Assembly (NCBI GenBank): GCA_038851215.1
Contig: JAWCLD010000004.1
Span: 1 to 35,600, forward strand
Direction: 5' to 3'
Length of the DNA: 35,600 nt
Source of the DNA: Candidatus Nanoarchaeia archaeon
GTDB taxonomy: Archaea > Nanobdellota > Nanobdellia > UBA10117
Shown here: one piece after another, positions 33,212 through 35,600 of the stretch
Numbering within the stretch: position 1 is the stretch's first letter
Layout: every line of letters begins with the position of its first letter
The notes under the pieces: generated by a model
Database searches by the model: none
What the model was told of the DNA's origin: nothing
Seen by the model: only the letters and a program-made list of their open reading frames with translations
Position numbers and translations under genes: made by a program

Positions 33212-34687
33212 ATGATACGCGTACCAACTACAAGGCCACCACTAAAACGCATATCAGAAGTAATTTGGGAAATATCTCCTGATTATAAAAAAGATGAACC
33301 AAAAATGCTTGTCCCAGCACGAATCTTTGCAACTCCAAAGCTTCTTGAAGCAATGGACTTGGCCGTCTTTGAACAAATTAGTAATGTAGCCTGCCTGCCA
33401 GGAATTCAAAAGGCTGCGCTTTGTATGCCTGATGCTCATTGGGGCTATGGCTTCCCAATTGGTGGCGTTGCGGCTTTCGATGTCGAAACAGGTGTAATTT
33501 CACCAGGGGGTATAGGATACGATATTAATTGTGGTATGCGACTTATAAGAACAGATTTAACTATCAACGATGTGAAACCAAAACTAAAACTACTTGTCGA
33601 TCATCTTTTCAAAATTATTCCAGCTGGCGTTGGGGCTCATGGTTTTGTCAAACTTACTGCACAACAACATAAGGAAGTTATGCTTGAAGGTGCGCAATGG
33701 TGTATTAGAAATGGTTATGGCTGGCCCGAAGATAAAGAGAGGATTGAAGATTATGGTAGAATTGAAGGTGCAGACCCAACTAAAGTCTCTGAAAAGGCAA
33801 TGAAACGTGGTGCCCCTGAGCTAGGAACGTTAGGAAGTGGGAATCATTATTTAGAAATCCAATTAGTAGAAGCAAAAAATATTTTTGATAAACAGCTGGC
33901 AAAAAAGTTTGGGCTTTTTGAAAATCAAGTCGTCATAATGGTGCATTGTGGCAGTAGGGGATTTGGTCATCAGATTTGCACAGATTATGTTAGCATATTT
34001 AGGCCTAAAATGGCAGGATGGGGTATTCGTGTAAGGGACGAAGAGCTGGCCTGTGCGCCTTTCAAATCAAAAGAAGCGCAGGATTATTTTGCAGCTATGA
34101 ATTGTGCCGCAAATTATGGCTTCGCAAATAGGCAATTAATTTTACATAGAATTAGAGAAGGTTTTTCACATATTTTTGGCCAAGATGCTGAGAAACTTGG
34201 CCTTCATCTAATTTATGACGTTGCGCATAACATTGCCAAAGTCGAGGAGCATAAAATTGATGGCAAAAAGAAAGAAGTTGTTATGCATAGAAAAGGAGCA
34301 ACAAGATGTTTTGGTCCGGCAAGAAAAGAACTGCCTAAAATTTATAGAGAAACTGGCCAGCCAGTCATTGTTGGAGGCTCTATGGAAACTGGAAGCTTTC
34401 TATGCGTCGGAACTGACGCTGCTGACGAGATTACATTTGGCTCAACGATGCACGGTTCTGGCAGAACTATGTCGAGGGCTGCAGCTAAAAAGCAAGTCTG
34501 GGGCGCAGAGCTGCAAAAAGAAATGGAAAAAAGAGGAATCTATGTAAGAAGCGTATCAACAGCAGGGTTGGCAGAAGAAGCAGGTCTAGCGTATAAGAGC
34601 ATCAACGAAGTTGTCGAAACTATGGATATTGCGGGCGTATCTAAAAAGGTAGTCGCATTCAAACCAATAGGGAATGTAAAAGGCTAA
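33212..34687 (+). CDS. rtcB: tRNA-splicing ligase RtcB
   Basis: MPDAHWGYGFPIGG, DINCG, GSGNHYLE, YDVAHNIAK, HRKGAT, HGSGR, AYK. Confidence 0.98.
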   Translation: MIRVPTTRPPLKRISEVIWEISPDYKKDEPKMLVPARIFATPKLLEAMDLAVFEQISNVACLPGIQKAALCMPDAHWGYGFPIGGVAAFDVETGVISPGGIGYDINCGMRLIRTDLTINDVKPKLKLLVDHLFKIIPAGVGAHGFVKLTAQQHKEVMLEGAQWCIRNGYGWPEDKERIEDYGRIEGADPTKVSEKAMKRGAPELGTLGSGNHYLEIQLVEAKNIFDKQLAKKFGLFENQVVIMVHCGSRGFGHQICTDYVSIFRPKMAGWGIRVRDEELACAPFKSKEAQDYFAAMNCAANYGFANRQLILHRIREGFSHIFGQDAEKLGLHLIYDVAHNIAKVEEHKIDGKKKEVVMHRKGATRCFGPARKELPKIYRETGQPVIVGGSMETGSFLCVGTDAADEITFGSTMHGSGRTMSRAAAKKQVWGAELQKEMEKRGIYVRSVSTAGLAEEAGLAYKSINEVVETMDIAGVSKKVVAFKPIGNVKG

Positions 34688-34739
34688 TTAGAATTGTTGT
34701 AAAGCTTAGATTAAAATAAGCTGCTTCTGAACATCATTA

Positions 34740-35192
34740 TTACATTTCTAAGCTCTTTACATCCTTTATAGGTACAAATTCAGGATGTACTGGGTTGCTA
34801 CTAATAATGACCTTGCAGTCTTTACAAATTTTTTTTAGTGTATCTTCGAGAAAATTTCTAAGATGGTTATTTGATTTTGCTGCGCAAACTAGAAGGAAAT
34901 TATAGGGCCCGGTAGTTTCAAAACATTGCAATACTCTTGGCTCATTTGCCACAAGCTTCTTGAAGTGTGCTATCTTATTTTTGTCTATTTGCAGTTCTAT
35001 TATTAAAGTTTGATAGTTTAGCTTTTCTAGATTAACCAATGCAGAAACGCGAAGAACGTCAGTTCGCATTAGCTTTTCTATTCTGTTTGCAATTGCAACT
35101 CGTGATAAATTTGTAGCAGAAGAAAGTTCTGTCAGTGAAATTCTACCATTTTGAGCCAGTTTTGAGATGATCTTAATATCTACTTCGTCCAA
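34740..35192 (-). CDS. Lrp/AsnC family transcriptional regulator
   Basis: MDEVDIKIISKLAQNGRISLTEL HTH; CFETTGPYNFL RAM domain; TTG start. Confidence 0.92.
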   Translation of the reverse strand: MDEVDIKIISKLAQNGRISLTELSSATNLSRVAIANRIEKLMRTDVLRVSALVNLEKLNYQTLIIELQIDKNKIAHFKKLVANEPRVLQCFETTGPYNFLLVCAAKSNNHLRNFLEDTLKKICKDCKVIISSNPVHPEFVPIKDVKSLEM

Positions 35193-35272
35193 AGCGGCAC
35201 CTTTCTTAATAAAGTTAGATATATTTAAAAAGCAATCGCAAATTTGTAACTATATTGTTTCAAATAGAAATC

Positions 35273-35303
35273 TTTATATATAATAAACTTACAAAATGTA
35301 AGT
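35273..35303 (+). promoter_or_regulatory. TATA box followed by a palindromic operator
   Basis: TTTATATA at 35273-35280; ACTTACA-AAA-TGTAAGT at 35287-35303. Confidence 0.6.
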
Positions 35304-35315
35304 GAAAGTTGCAAA

Positions 35316-35558
35316 ATGAAAGCCTATCGAGGTCTACAAATTTACGATTTGTCGAATGACAAAGAGTATAAAATGTATTTTGCAGCTTTGAAGCACATAC
35401 TTCGCAACAAAGCTAAAGTTCCAATTATGGCAAAAGGAATGATGCGCATGATTGACTTTACGAAAAAACTAACAAAGTTAGATATATATCCGCCGTTCGA
35501 AACTGCCTGGACAAAACAGGAAAAACTTATGCTCGGCAATTTCTTTAGTGGCCAGTAG
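35316..35558 (+). CDS. hypothetical 80-aa protein divergent from Lrp
   Basis: ATG ORF downstream of a clear TATA box. Confidence 0.65.
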   Translation: MKAYRGLQIYDLSNDKEYKMYFAALKHILRNKAKVPIMAKGMMRMIDFTKKLTKLDIYPPFETAWTKQEKLMLGNFFSGQ

Positions 35559-35570
35559 CCATGTGCCTCC

Positions 35571-35600
35571 TTCCGGCCGGCGCGCCGAGGTCGGCCGGAA
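35571..35600. repeat. GC-rich inverted repeat truncated by the window edge
   Basis: TTCCGGCCG (35571-35579) and CGGCCGGAA (35592-35600). Confidence 0.6.

Noticed and set aside
35584-35600. GCCGAGGTCG resembling the start of tRNA-Ser
   Set aside because: The following bases do not form a D arm and are explained by the hairpin; truncated at the edge.
1-35600. CRISPR array, rRNA, transposase or integrase
   Set aside because: No regularly spaced repeats, long rRNA-like tract or recombinase motifs were seen by eye.

Overview
AT-rich archaeal chromosomal window; gene content and order fit a reduced DPANN/Nanobdellota-type archaeon (inference). Most of it is the minus-strand translation/transcription core: uL3 to secY-DUF106-eL34-eL14-cbf5, uS13-uS4-uS11-rpoD, and eL18-uL13-uS9-rpoN. 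Flanking genes include TrmB, SppA, Elp3, TFE, S2P, VKOR, Pcc1, RpoP, archease-RtcB and Lrp. Not shown by the ORF track: (1) short ORFs that exactly fill the longer spacers of otherwise tightly coupled operons, running from one gene's stop to the next gene's start, a candidate ribosome-relay mechanism; (2) two structured 5' leaders, before uS13 and uL3; (3) four tRNA genes with eight BHB-type introns in total, including a three-intron tRNA-Ser(GGA) with a 10-nt intron; (4) an rpoD broken by a frameshifting deletion; (5) small genes trm112, rpoP and a 52-aa ORF; (6) an orphan zinc-finger/wHTH gene pair. No CRISPR array, rRNA or transposase was seen. All calls are by eye from motifs; no database search was run.
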